This document shows, one piece after another, positions 48,125 through 57,620 of a DNA stretch of 64,000 nt (positions are counted from its first letter, which is position 1; each line of letters begins with the position of its first letter). The stretch spans positions 103,601 through 167,600 of the forward strand of contig CAYLJJ010000001.1 of assembly GCA_964384025.1 (NCBI GenBank), given 5' to 3'. Origin of the DNA: an uncultured Nannocystaceae bacterium (GTDB lineage Bacteria; Myxococcota_A; Bradymonadia; UBA7976; UBA1532). The notes under the pieces are model-generated. The model ran no database searches and was not told the DNA's origin. It saw only the letters and a program-made list of their open reading frames with translations. The translations under genes were made by a program, and so were the position numbers.

Positions 48125-51100
48125 GGGCTCTCCCTGAAGGGGCTTCGGCTGGTCACGCTGCGGATCTTCTCTCCACGAAAGACCAAGAGAGCTCGCTTCA
48201 AAGCGTTCTCATAGAGGTCGATGAGGCGCAGGTGCTTGACCACGCCTCGATCAACCCCCTTTTGACGATGCGCCGGTCCAAAGTTGACTACCGAGGCGTC
48301 GATCTCGAAGAAGTCTGCATCGTAAGGGCTGCGTCTCCTCATCAACTCAAGCAGGGTCTCGTAGACAAAGGCGCGACCATGCTCCTGGGCGCTGATGCGT
48401 CGCTGAGCGATCTGAAACCAGAGCCCAGCGCGCCCCTTCTGGAGATCCCCACCCAACCAAAGCTCCTCTCTGGAGCTGCGAGCTTGCATCAAAGCGTCCA
48501 GGACCCTCTGAGTATCATCCAGAGGGCTGGCCTGCTCTCCAGGGCGCTGTGGCCCCCTCAGATGAAAGATACGGAGCTGGCGGCGCAGCTCTCGGGTGTT
48601 ACGCACAGACTCTCGGAGTCGCAAGATGATGCGACGCACCAGGGTCAATAGGATCCCCTCAAGATCTTGAGGGGGGAGTTGACGGTGATAGATGCGTTGG
48701 ATCTCATCACAGATAAAGATTTGACCCCGTTGAGGGGAGAGCCGCCAAGCGATAAGGACCCCTGGCTGAAGCTCATCGAGGCGACGCTTTACCAGAAGCC
48801 GTAGATCTCCCAGGTTCGCTGAGAGGCGATCGATCTTCAACTCCTGGAGGTCATAGCCACAGTTGCCCAGAATACGACAGACCCCTTTGAGAGAGCGGAG
48901 CCCGCAGAGAAGATCACCATCAGCGCTGCGATAGATCACTTGGAAACGCCCCCCCACCTCATAGACAAAACCCCGACTGTGGCGCGGCTTGAGAGGCTCT
49001 ACTAGGACCCAGCTGCTCTCCCGCAGTAGTTCAGTGATGCGGTTGCGCACCGCAGGCAGCATACGGTCTGAGGGCGCCAAAACCACGACCTCTTCTATCG
49101 CCGCCTGAGGTTCAACTTCAGCGAAGAGAGACTTAAGGGCTGAGGGCACCGCCTGAGGCCCTGAGTGGCGATGGCAGAAGACCTCCCCCCAACTATTGAG
49201 GCTGAGGACAGAGACTTCGCTGAGTTGGCAGCGTCGTTTGCGACCATAGTTGAGGATGTCCCAGTTTTCAGGGAGATAAAAGACGCCTGCCTGCTCACTG
49301 GCGTCACTGAGGGTTCTGGGGCGATCAAAGTTCACCAGCACCGCCACCCTCAAGATTGAGCGGCGCTCTAGAAAGCGGCCAGGGGCGATACTGAAGGGAT
49401 CAGGACTCTCAAAGATCCTCTGGAAGCGCTGAAGCATCCCCCGCAACTCATTGGGGCTGACACGCGAGATGGGGCTGATCAGGGCTACCACCGTACCGGA
49501 GTGATAGAGGCCATTAAAGGTGAGCCAACCGGCGATCTCTGCGATGGTTGAGGCGCTCCAGATCGGCTCCCCTCGGCTGAGGATGCGCTCTCTCTTTAAC
49601 TCCCGATGGATCTCCCAGCGTCGCACAGGGAGGGCTTCAGGGACCTCTAAGATGACCAAGCGATCTTCACAGCGGGGTTCCTTGAGGAAGTAGGTAAAAA
49701 GATGACGGATCTTGCCTGGCTCTCGCCCAAAGACCGCGAAGAGACGACGCCCCAGGATGGTGATATCCTTCTCGTTGATATGAACGGTGGCCTCTCTGGC
49801 TCGGCGAATCAGGTGGCGGTAGAGCCCCAACATAAAGCTGCGGATCTGTTGCCCAATCTCGTCCACCTTCTCAGCCGACCAGCTTTCCAAGCTGTCCAGC
49901 TCCTCAAGCAGTTCGCGATCCCACCCCCAACGCTCGATATAGGCGCGCATCACTTGAAAGCGCCGCATAAAGAGCTTGCGCTCAGAGCGCTCCTTGGAGA
50001 GCTTAAGCCCTACCTTGAGATAGAAGCACTTCTGCACCAGACGGAAGGCTTTCCAGTCCCCTCGATCAGCAAAATATCCACTGATAGCGTCAAAGAGGAG
50101 CACATAGGGATCGGTGTACTGAGGACCATCCTCACCCTGAAAGACGCGCTCTTTGAGCTGGTCACAGAGCAGCCTGGGTTTTGGATCATCCAGATAACGC
50201 AGCAGCAAAGCCATCTTGAGCAAGCTCTTAAAAGGACTCCTCAAGCTCTTGTTGATTTGCCAAAGCGCAGCGCCAAAGAACTCTCCACGATCAATCTCAG
50301 CGATAAAGCCCAGATCCACCACTGAGATGCCAGGGGGGAGCTGAGCCCTTTCAAGAGCATGAAGCACACGCTGATAGCCCTGCGCGCTGACCCCTACAGG
50401 TACCAGCCACCAAGCGGGGATATCTCCACTGATCAGCACCGCCGTACGATAAAACTCCTCCTTTAAAAGCTTGCCTTGAGCGCTGCCTGATGAGTCTACA
50501 TCCTCCTCCGCTCCCCCGAAGTCATTGGCTCGGCTGCGCTTTAGATCCACCAGGAAGAAGTGTGCATCGAGGCCTCGCTTCTGAACCCAGGCTTCAATCT
50601 TCTGGATACGCTCTTTAAGAGCTCGCTGCTGTTGCAGAGAGAGGCGGTCAAGCTCAACAACGACCCAGTAATCAACATCACTCTTACCCGATTGACCGAT
50701 GGTGCCCACGCTGCCCATCGCCAAAAGAGAGAGGATATGCGGTCTCTGAGGAGGCTGCTCAGCCAGGGCCCCTCGTCGAGAGAAGAAGCCCTCAGCTGCG
50801 TGGCGAATGCTGAGGTTGAACTCAAAGTTACGGATTCCGTGGGGCGCTCCGGCGACATAGCTTGGCAGGTGGGGGAGATTTTGGTGAAGGAGGTAGGGGA
50901 TCACCGAAAAGAGATTGCGCTCCTTGGGCTTGAGCGCCTGATATAGATAAGCCAGTTTCATCTTGGTGAAGCGCAGATAGGCTTGTAGATGCTTGCCCAG
51001 CTGCTCTATCCCCAGACCTGAGTCCATGCTGCGACTGGACTGAAGCATCTCCTTAAAATAGGGCTTCGCGAATGATAGCCCCTCCTCGGGACCTTCCTCC

Positions 51101-51255
51101 TTCTGCTCCAGGGTGATCGGCCCCGAGTACTCCAGCTTAAGGGGGGTAGCTTCCTCCGCGATCCAAGCCCCAGCAAACTCCTCCTTGCTTAGGCCCTGGA
51201 GCCAGCCGGCTACAGAGTCAGTTGCCTGTGGAGGAGGAAGCTTGGGCAAGATCAC
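48121..51255 (-). CDS. cyaA: class I adenylate cyclase (CyaA family, enterobacterial type)
   Basis: Alignable by eye to E. coli CyaA. [21 protein letters not shown] matches [43 protein letters not shown] matches [20 protein letters not shown] (catalytic Asp pair). FFLVD matches FFLID. [21 protein letters not shown] matches [40 protein letters not shown] matches [42 protein letters not shown] matches CFYLKVCEKLSRER. GTG start forms a GTGA overlap with the fliW stop; the N-terminus is ~75 aa longer than E. coli, and Met68, Met75 and Met108 are possible alternative starts. Confidence 0.85.
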   Translation of the reverse strand: [1044 protein letters not shown]

Positions 51256-51722
51256 CTCAGAGAGATGGAGCGGGCCTCAGAGCTTTGCCCTGGTTGCCCC
51301 TCCTTTAGAACATAATATTTGACCGGGTATCGCTGATCCCTCAGAACAAGCTGCATCCCCAGCCGCTTCTCCAAGTTAAAGATCAAGGGAGCCAAGAGGT
51401 TGGCGCTCATCTCTCTCACCTCAGCAGGGATGGTCATCAACACCGAGACCACCAAGTCCTCTTCCTCTCTCGGCTCGATCACCTGAACCTCTGAGCGTTT
51501 CAGAGAGATATGGTAGTCAGGCTTAAAAAAGAGGGGATCAGTGACTACAAAAGCCAGCTGAGGCTCATCCACAGACTGCAACCATTTGAAGGGTGTACCC
51601 TCGTGATCAACGATCACATAACGACGCTGTTTAGCAAACCCCAGGAGCCCCATAGGGAAATAGTAGAGTTGAGCCTCATCGATCTCCAGGGAGCCAAAGC
51701 GACTGGTCTGAATATTCATCAC
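51252..51722 (-). CDS. fliW: flagellar assembly factor FliW (CsrA antagonist)
   Basis: FliW signature FGSLEIDEAQLYYFPMGLLGF...YVIV..EGTPFKWLQSVDEPQLAFVVTDP. 4-nt overlap with csrA. Confidence 0.85.
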   Translation of the reverse strand: MMNIQTSRFGSLEIDEAQLYYFPMGLLGFAKQRRYVIVDHEGTPFKWLQSVDEPQLAFVVTDPLFFKPDYHISLKRSEVQVIEPREEEDLVVSVLMTIPAEVREMSANLLAPLIFNLEKRLGMQLVLRDQRYPVKYYVLKEGQPGQSSEARSISLR

Positions 51723-51958
51723 CCCTCCTCCTGTGGAGCAAAGAGATCGCTGATCGCCTCTAGGCTGTTGCTGTCTGGTGCCAAGGCTTTGAGATTCTCC
51801 TCTTGGATCTTCTTATACAGCTCTTCTCGGCAGACATAGATATCTCTGGGGGCGATGATCCCCAGGCGGATCTGTCGCCCTCTGATCTCTTTGACGATGA
51901 TTTTGATATCATCTCCAATACAGATCGCCTCCCCGAGCTTGCGGGTCAGTGTCAGCAC
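51719..51958 (-). CDS. csrA: carbon storage regulator CsrA
   Basis: MLTLTRKLGEAICIGDDIKIIVKEIRGRQIRLGIIAPRDIYVCREELY is the classic CsrA fold sequence with the flagellar-type C-terminal extension. Confidence 0.9.
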   Translation of the reverse strand: MLTLTRKLGEAICIGDDIKIIVKEIRGRQIRLGIIAPRDIYVCREELYKKIQEENLKALAPDSNSLEAISDLFAPQEEG

Positions 51959-52006
51959 ACTCCTCCTCCCAAAGATAGTTGGATCTGCCCAGGATACACA
52001 GATTCC

Positions 52007-52894
52007 TCAGCGCAAGTAATTGAGCAGGGAGACCTCAGCCATGATGCGCCCGCTGAGAGCCATCGTTGCCTGAAGCGCATTCTCACTGAGGCTCAACTCC
52101 GAGATGATTCGGCTGAGATCAGCGTCTCGAAGATCGGAGAGTTCCTCAGGAAGGCGCTCACTCAAGGTCTCATGAACCGCCCGAGCTGCCTCCAAGCTTT
52201 GAAGCTGTGTGCCCACCCGAGCGCGGGCCTTAATCTGCTGCTCGATCCCCAACTCCAAATTCTCAAGCCCTGTCTGCATCTCTCCATTATCGCGGTCTGA
52301 GATCGCCTCGGCCAAGCTCTTTAAGTCCTCAAAGAGGTTGCGGGTGTCGGCGGTCCCATCTCCAAAGGCCAGCCCTCCAGGGAGGCTGCTCTCTAGGTGC
52401 AGCCTCTCGCCCACCTCTAGGCGCGGCGCGCGAAGATCTCCCTGGTAGGAGAAGTCATCGGCATAGGGTGGATCGCCGCTGCCTCCACCAAAGATCCACT
52501 GCTCTCCAGAGCGGCTGTTGGCCAAAGCTCTAAGATGCTCTCTCAAGGCCAAGATCTCTCCTGAGATGATCTCTGCATCTTCAGGGAGGAGGCTGGCGTT
52601 GATCCCCTGGATCGCCAGCTCTTTGGCGCGATAGAGGGCCTCGTTGGCCTCCCCCAACTTGGCGTCTGAGAGCCCTAAGGTGGCCGTGGCGCGATCCTGA
52701 GCCCTGCCATGCTGGACCCAACGGCTGCGCTGGCTCTCTAGGGCTCGAACACGCAGCGCCCCCAGAGGATCATCTGAGGGTTTGTGGATCCGATGACCGG
52801 AGAGGATCTGCTCCTGAAGCTTCGCGCTTCGCTCACGATGGCGCTCAATCCGACGACTGGGTTCAAGATAGCGGCTGCGCTCAGTGATCCTCAT
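52007..52894 (-). CDS. flgL: flagellar hook-associated protein 3, FlgL
   Basis: Flagellin-like N-terminal helix (RITERSRY...) and C-terminal ...ALQATMALSGRIMAEVSLLNYLR. Position downstream of flgK. Confidence 0.8.
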   Translation of the reverse strand: MRITERSRYLEPSRRIERHRERSAKLQEQILSGHRIHKPSDDPLGALRVRALESQRSRWVQHGRAQDRATATLGLSDAKLGEANEALYRAKELAIQGINASLLPEDAEIISGEILALREHLRALANSRSGEQWIFGGGSGDPPYADDFSYQGDLRAPRLEVGERLHLESSLPGGLAFGDGTADTRNLFEDLKSLAEAISDRDNGEMQTGLENLELGIEQQIKARARVGTQLQSLEAARAVHETLSERLPEELSDLRDADLSRIISELSLSENALQATMALSGRIMAEVSLLNYLR

Positions 52895-52912
52895 TTTATT
52901 TCCTCAGGGCCT

Positions 52913-54286
52913 CTACTGCACCAAAGCCATCACGGTGTCCAGGAGGCGATCAACAGTGGTGATCACTCGAGAGCTGGCCTCAAAGTGCTTCTGGAAGCGG
53001 CTGAGCTGAACCATCTCCTCATCTGTGCTCACCCCCGTCACTGAGTCTCGCAGAGCTTCAGCCTGCTCTGTACGCACCTCAGCCAACAGCCTTCGATCCC
53101 GATTCTCAGCGGCGGCCCTCCCTAGAATCTCTAGACGCTCTCCAAAGGCGCGCTGAAGGCTTCGGTTGCCAAGGGCTGCGCGTGTGGAGCCTTGTAGATC
53201 CGCGAGGAGCTGAGCCTGCCGCTCATCTCCAGGGAGCCCCGCGACCTCCTCAGCCGCAGCGACCTGATCGGGATCCTCAAGGGCCACCCGAATAAGCCCT
53301 GCGGCTCCCTCAGCAGCGCCCAGGGCCTGAAAGAGATCACGCCCCCCCAATCCATCCAGGCCAAAGCCCCCTTGGTGGGTCTGATTGACCGCGTTGATCA
53401 GCTCAAAGGCGAGGTTATCCAGAGCACCGCGCTCCTCCGCCAACTCCTCATCTCGGATGGAGATCAATCCCCCCAGCTCTCCTGAGCGAAGCTGGGCGGT
53501 GAGATCTCGTCCTCCCACGCTCAAAGTCAGGGTACCTAAGCCATCTACGCTGGCCTCCAGGGGTCGAACCTGATCTCCCTGAACGAGGAGCTGCCCCTCC
53601 AAAATCAGGCTTGTTCCCTCCGCCTCATTCAGCACCGTCACCCCCAGACCCTGAGAGAGGAGCTGGAGTTGCTGATCGCGCTCATCTCGAAGATCGTTGG
53701 CTCGGCTCCCGTCTGCCTCGCTGGCACGAACCTGGGCGTTGAGCTGGGCGACCGCCGCCAAACGCTCATTCAGCTCAGCGACCTGAGCGCGAATCTGATC
53801 ATCTAGACCCTGCTCTAGAGCCTCAAAGTCGCGATCCAAGCTCTGGAAGCCATCAGCGAGGCTGTTGGCTGCGCCCAGGAAGCTGCGACGATGTGCTTCG
53901 CTGCTGGGCGCCTGGGTCAACTCCCGAGCGGCATTGAAGAAGCGATCCATCTGCCCACTTAGATCAGGCTCATTTCCCTCAGAGAAGAGGCGTTCTAGAG
54001 GGTTCAAGCCTGAGGCACGCCCCTCATAGAAGCCCCCCAGCCCTCGCTCTCTCCTGAGCTGGGTCTCTAGGAAAGGGTCTTCACTGCGCTGGATGCCTTG
54101 GCTGAGAGCACCTCGACCCACAGGACCTGCGCGACCCAGCCTAAAGGCAGGCTGGGTTCCCAGGTGCAGGCGTTGGCGGCTGAAGCCTTCAGTGTCAGCG
54201 TTGGCGAGGTTGTGCCCGACTGTAGCAAGGCCCAGGCGAGCTACACGTAATCCAGAGGCAGCTGTTTGAATTGTATTATTGAGCAC
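52913..54286 (-). CDS. flgK: flagellar hook-associated protein 1, FlgK
   Basis: N-terminus MLNNTIQTAASGLRVARLGLATVGHNLANADTEGFSRQRL and C-terminal ...VTGVSTDEEMVQLSRFQKHFEASSRVITTVDRLLDTVMAL. Confidence 0.85.
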   Translation of the reverse strand: MLNNTIQTAASGLRVARLGLATVGHNLANADTEGFSRQRLHLGTQPAFRLGRAGPVGRGALSQGIQRSEDPFLETQLRRERGLGGFYEGRASGLNPLERLFSEGNEPDLSGQMDRFFNAARELTQAPSSEAHRRSFLGAANSLADGFQSLDRDFEALEQGLDDQIRAQVAELNERLAAVAQLNAQVRASEADGSRANDLRDERDQQLQLLSQGLGVTVLNEAEGTSLILEGQLLVQGDQVRPLEASVDGLGTLTLSVGGRDLTAQLRSGELGGLISIRDEELAEERGALDNLAFELINAVNQTHQGGFGLDGLGGRDLFQALGAAEGAAGLIRVALEDPDQVAAAEEVAGLPGDERQAQLLADLQGSTRAALGNRSLQRAFGERLEILGRAAAENRDRRLLAEVRTEQAEALRDSVTGVSTDEEMVQLSRFQKHFEASSRVITTVDRLLDTVMALVQ

Positions 54287-54686
54287 TTGAGCGCCTCCTC
54301 ATTGGACCATAGCTCTCTCTGGGCTTAAGTCGCCTTATGCTGCGCGCCAACAGCTCTTGAGCGGTGGAGGCGAAAGCTTGGTTCTCCTGGCGCAGCTTGA
54401 GGAGATGCTCAGCAAGCCCTCGAAGTCGCTCACGAGCAGCGACGATCTCAGGCCCTTCAAGCTCAGAGAGCTGGCTCGCTCCAGGAGAGAGCGCTTGGAG
54501 AGAGCGAAACCCCTCTTGTCGGATGCGTTTGTGCTCGGCGCTCAGATGTTGGATGTTGTGGAGTTGAATCTCCAGAGCGCTGCTGTCCATTCGACGCAGG
54601 GCCTGAGCCTGAAGCTCAAGGGCGCTGATCAGTCGAACAAGGCAGGCTTCCTCTTTGGAGAGTGATTTGAGCAGCGCGATCAACAT
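54276..54686 (-). CDS. flgN: FlgN-like flagellar export chaperone
   Basis: 136-aa predicted helical protein between flgM and flgK, overlapping flgK by 11 nt. Assigned by position and size only. Confidence 0.5.
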   Translation of the reverse strand: MLIALLKSLSKEEACLVRLISALELQAQALRRMDSSALEIQLHNIQHLSAEHKRIRQEGFRSLQALSPGASQLSELEGPEIVAARERLRGLAEHLLKLRQENQAFASTAQELLARSIRRLKPRESYGPMRRRSSAQ

Positions 54687-54715
54687 AGGCCCTCCAGGGC
54701 TTGGCCGCGCGGATT

Positions 54716-55000
54716 TCAGCCAAAGAGGCTGGCCTCTCTGATCATCTCTTCAGCGACGCGCTGAAAATCGGGGCGATACTCACCTTTGGTGATCGCCTCT
54801 CGCAGCTGGGCGACCCGAGCTTCATCCACCTCGGGGCTTCGCTTCGCCTTGACCGTGGCCACCGCCGCCTCTCGACGGGAGTGATCAACGCTCTCTCCAG
54901 ATTGGGTTGAGCGCTGCTTCTCCGCCTTGAGACCCTCAGCGCGACCCTTGGGCCGTCCTAGGGTTGAAGGGGAGTGGGTCCCTGTGATTCTCACCGCCAT
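54716..55000 (-). CDS. flgM: anti-sigma-28 factor FlgM
   Basis: C-terminal sigma-28-binding region VDEARVAQLREAITKGEYRPDFQRVAEEMIREA. Confidence 0.8.
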   Translation of the reverse strand: MAVRITGTHSPSTLGRPKGRAEGLKAEKQRSTQSGESVDHSRREAAVATVKAKRSPEVDEARVAQLREAITKGEYRPDFQRVAEEMIREASLFG

Positions 55001-55115
55001 GACCGCCTCCTTTCAGGCTGGGCATCGTCAAGACCTTACCCAACTTGAGGAGATAATGAGCTTTCATCCGCGCTTTGGCCAGCCCTCCTTATCTGTGTTC
55101 ATTTTCATTCAATCT

Positions 55116-55883
55116 CTACCAGGGGTTAGAAGAGCTGAAGCCCTCGCTTCTCAAGCTGCGATGCTGGAGCCAAGCTCCTGGTGCTTGTTTCAACTCCAAC
55201 CAAGCTCCAGGATCAAGCGCGCGTCCCTCTTGAGAGACATGAAAGCGCAAGCTGGGCTCGGCGCCTCCGCTGAGGCGCCCCAGGAAAGCTCCCCGTGGAA
55301 TCTGCATACCTGAATTCATCTCCGACTCCAGGCCCTGATAGTGGCTGATGGAGCCATCCTTATGTTTTAAGCTGACCCCTCCCTCCTGAAGGCTCAGCTC
55401 ACCTCCACGAGCCGCATAGACGGGCGCTCCTTGAGGTCCAGCGATCTTTAAGCTCTTTGGGTCGCGCTCTAGAAGCTTACCGCAGAGAGGAAGCTGGCTC
55501 TGAGGTTTTGGGGCGTAGGCCCGCTTCATTCTTCCCGGCCTCGACACCCTAAATCTTCTAAGAGCGCTCCGATCTTCTTCGATCCTTTGAGGTCCTGGTT
55601 GAGCTTCAGAGCTGGCTCCCAGCTGCTTGGCTAAGATCTCTGCCAAGCCAAGCTGACCACTGCGAGCTGAGAGGCCCGCGAACTCCGCGTCTTGCCACTC
55701 ACTAAAGAGCTGCCCCGCGAAGCCCGCGTCCATCATGCCCCCCTTGGGGACCGTGGCCCGCATCGACTTCATCAGTTGTTGGCTGAAGATCGCCTCAAGT
55801 TGGCGGGCCGCCTCGCGGATCCCCTCCTGGCTGTCTTTTTGTGCTAGAGTCCTGAGATTTTGAACTCCTGTGATGGCGCTCAT
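55116..55883 (-). CDS. flgJ: FlgJ rod-binding domain fused to an M23 (LytM) peptidase domain
   Basis: N-terminal rod-binding block AARQLEAIFSQQLMKSMRAT. C-terminal HYQGLESEM...SLRFHVSQEGRALDPGAWL resembles M23 peptidase motifs (HxxxD / HLHFE) in place of a glucosaminidase. Start shares 1 nt with the flgI stop. Confidence 0.65.
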   Translation of the reverse strand: MSAITGVQNLRTLAQKDSQEGIREAARQLEAIFSQQLMKSMRATVPKGGMMDAGFAGQLFSEWQDAEFAGLSARSGQLGLAEILAKQLGASSEAQPGPQRIEEDRSALRRFRVSRPGRMKRAYAPKPQSQLPLCGKLLERDPKSLKIAGPQGAPVYAARGGELSLQEGGVSLKHKDGSISHYQGLESEMNSGMQIPRGAFLGRLSGGAEPSLRFHVSQEGRALDPGAWLELKQAPGAWLQHRSLRSEGFSSSNPW

Positions 55884-56974
55884 CAGATCACCTCAATGGT
55901 GGCTCGCAAGGCCCCCGAGACACGAAGGGCTTCCAAAATGGAGATAAGATCCCGAACTGAAGCGCCCAGATCATTGAGCCCTCGCACCACATCGCTTAGG
56001 CGGGGGGCACCACGAAGCAACAGAACCTGATTTTCCTCCTCCTCATCGACGCTGATCTCCTCATTCTTCTCCAGGGCGGTATCTCCTGGAGTGAGGGGTG
56101 CGGCGGGGACCGCCTTCTCAACCGCTGAGATCTTCACCGTGAGGTTTCCATGCGCCACCGCCGCAGGGCTGAGTTGGACATCTTGCCCCAGGATCAGGGT
56201 CCCGGTGCGCTCGCTGATCACAACCTTAGCGCGTAGATCGGGGGTGATCTCCAGACGCTCGATGAGAGCCAGAAACTCCAGCGAACGCCCTCGATGACTC
56301 TCGGGGAGCTGAACCTCTACGCTCCCTGGATCTATCGCTTTAGCCTGAGGGCGACCCAGGTTCATATTGATCACCTCAGCCATACGCACCGCTGTGGTGA
56401 TATCTGCGTCATGAAGCAGGAAGCGAAAACGCCCATCTCTGAGGAGCTGACGGCTGCGGCCTTGTACCACCTGCCCTCCATCGGGGATCTGTCCTACGGT
56501 GGGGTGGTTCTTGATCTTGCCGCCCCCTCCGCGACCTTGCAGCGCATAGCCTCCCACCAAGACAGCACCCTGAACATGGGCTCGTGTGCGCCCTTGAGCG
56601 TCCAACAGGGTGGTCATCAGCAGCTCTCCTCCTGAGAGGCTCTTGGAATCTCCCATGCTGCTGACTGTGACCATAAAGCGGTGTCCTTTGCGACTGAAGG
56701 GGGGTAAAGAAGCAGTGAGCATCACCCCCGCGATATTCTTAAGCTTTACCTGCTGGTTGCCTGAAGAGAGCTGGAACTTGTTCATCGCAGCTCTCATCGC
56801 CTTGTGATGATAGACAACCTTATCTGAGTCCCCTGTCCCTGCCAGACCAACGACGACGCCGTAGCCGACGAGGCGCTCAACCTCGCTGCCCTCCAGAGCG
56901 CTGAGATCTTTGATGCGCTCTGCCTGAAGCGTTGAGGGGAGGCTGAGGAGCAAACTAAGAGTGAACAGGCGCAT
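55883..56974 (-). CDS. flgI: flagellar P-ring protein FlgI
   Basis: GYGVVVGLAGTGD motif. I start at Met52 (MRLFTLSLLLSLPSTLQA, a good signal peptide), 13 nt after the flgH stop. The track extension to 57127 would overlap flgH. Confidence 0.85.
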   Translation of the reverse strand: MRLFTLSLLLSLPSTLQAERIKDLSALEGSEVERLVGYGVVVGLAGTGDSDKVVYHHKAMRAAMNKFQLSSGNQQVKLKNIAGVMLTASLPPFSRKGHRFMVTVSSMGDSKSLSGGELLMTTLLDAQGRTRAHVQGAVLVGGYALQGRGGGGKIKNHPTVGQIPDGGQVVQGRSRQLLRDGRFRFLLHDADITTAVRMAEVINMNLGRPQAKAIDPGSVEVQLPESHRGRSLEFLALIERLEITPDLRAKVVISERTGTLILGQDVQLSPAAVAHGNLTVKISAVEKAVPAAPLTPGDTALEKNEEISVDEEEENQVLLLRGAPRLSDVVRGLNDLGASVRDLISILEALRVSGALRATIEVI

Positions 56975-56987
56975 GAGTTGCCTCCCT

Positions 56988-57620
56988 TTAGAAGGGCCAG
57001 AAGAGGTCAAAGAGCTGAGCGAACCAGCCCCGGCGCACAGAGTCTCCCGTGATGGTGATGCGGGCATAAGCGAGGCGATCAGAGCGAAGGCTGTTATCCT
57101 CATCGATATCTCGGGGGTTAACCACACCGCTGACAGCTACATAGCTGAGCTGCTCATTGAGCTTGATCTCTTTATCTCCAGCCACAAAGAGCAAGCCGTT
57201 GGGATAGATCTGGTGCACCATACAGGAGATTTCGGTTTGGAGGCTCTCCTCTCGCTGAGTCCCTCCCTTTCCTGCGAAGGCGCTCTTTGAGCCCATACCC
57301 GCTTGCCTCGCTTTGAGATCGAGGATCGCTGCCTGAGCAGAGATCTCCTCGCTGCGTTGAGCATCTGTGCTGTTTTTGCTCTGAGCGGTGGACTTTTCAG
57401 CCACCAAAATCTTAAGGCTGTCTCCCACCCGGTAGCTCTTACGCGAGTTAAAGAGGGTCTCGGCTAGACTCAGGGGCTTAGCCGCGCTGGGGCCGCTGGG
57501 GAGCTGTGGGGCGTTGAGGCTCAGTTGGTTATGATTTTGACGTACACAGCCAAACTGAACCAACAATAGCCAAAGCAGAGTTAAGGCAAAACGCTTCATC
57601 TCACCCCCCCACCCGTACAT
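56988..57620 (-). CDS. flgH: flagellar L-ring lipoprotein FlgH
   Basis: Signal and lipobox LLVQFGC. FlgH-type sequence ...YRVGDSLKILVAEKSTAQSKNST...LNEQLSYVAVSGVVNPRDID. Confidence 0.85.
   Translation of the reverse strand: MYGWGGEMKRFALTLLWLLLVQFGCVRQNHNQLSLNAPQLPSGPSAAKPLSLAETLFNSRKSYRVGDSLKILVAEKSTAQSKNSTDAQRSEEISAQAAILDLKARQAGMGSKSAFAGKGGTQREESLQTEISCMVHQIYPNGLLFVAGDKEIKLNEQLSYVAVSGVVNPRDIDEDNSLRSDRLAYARITITGDSVRRGWFAQLFDLFWPF

Noticed and set aside
55001-55115. Possible sigma-28 promoter upstream of flgM (CAGATAA resembling the -10 GCCGATAA)
   Set aside because: No acceptable TAAA -35 element at 15-16 nt spacing. A partial single-box match is not enough to call.
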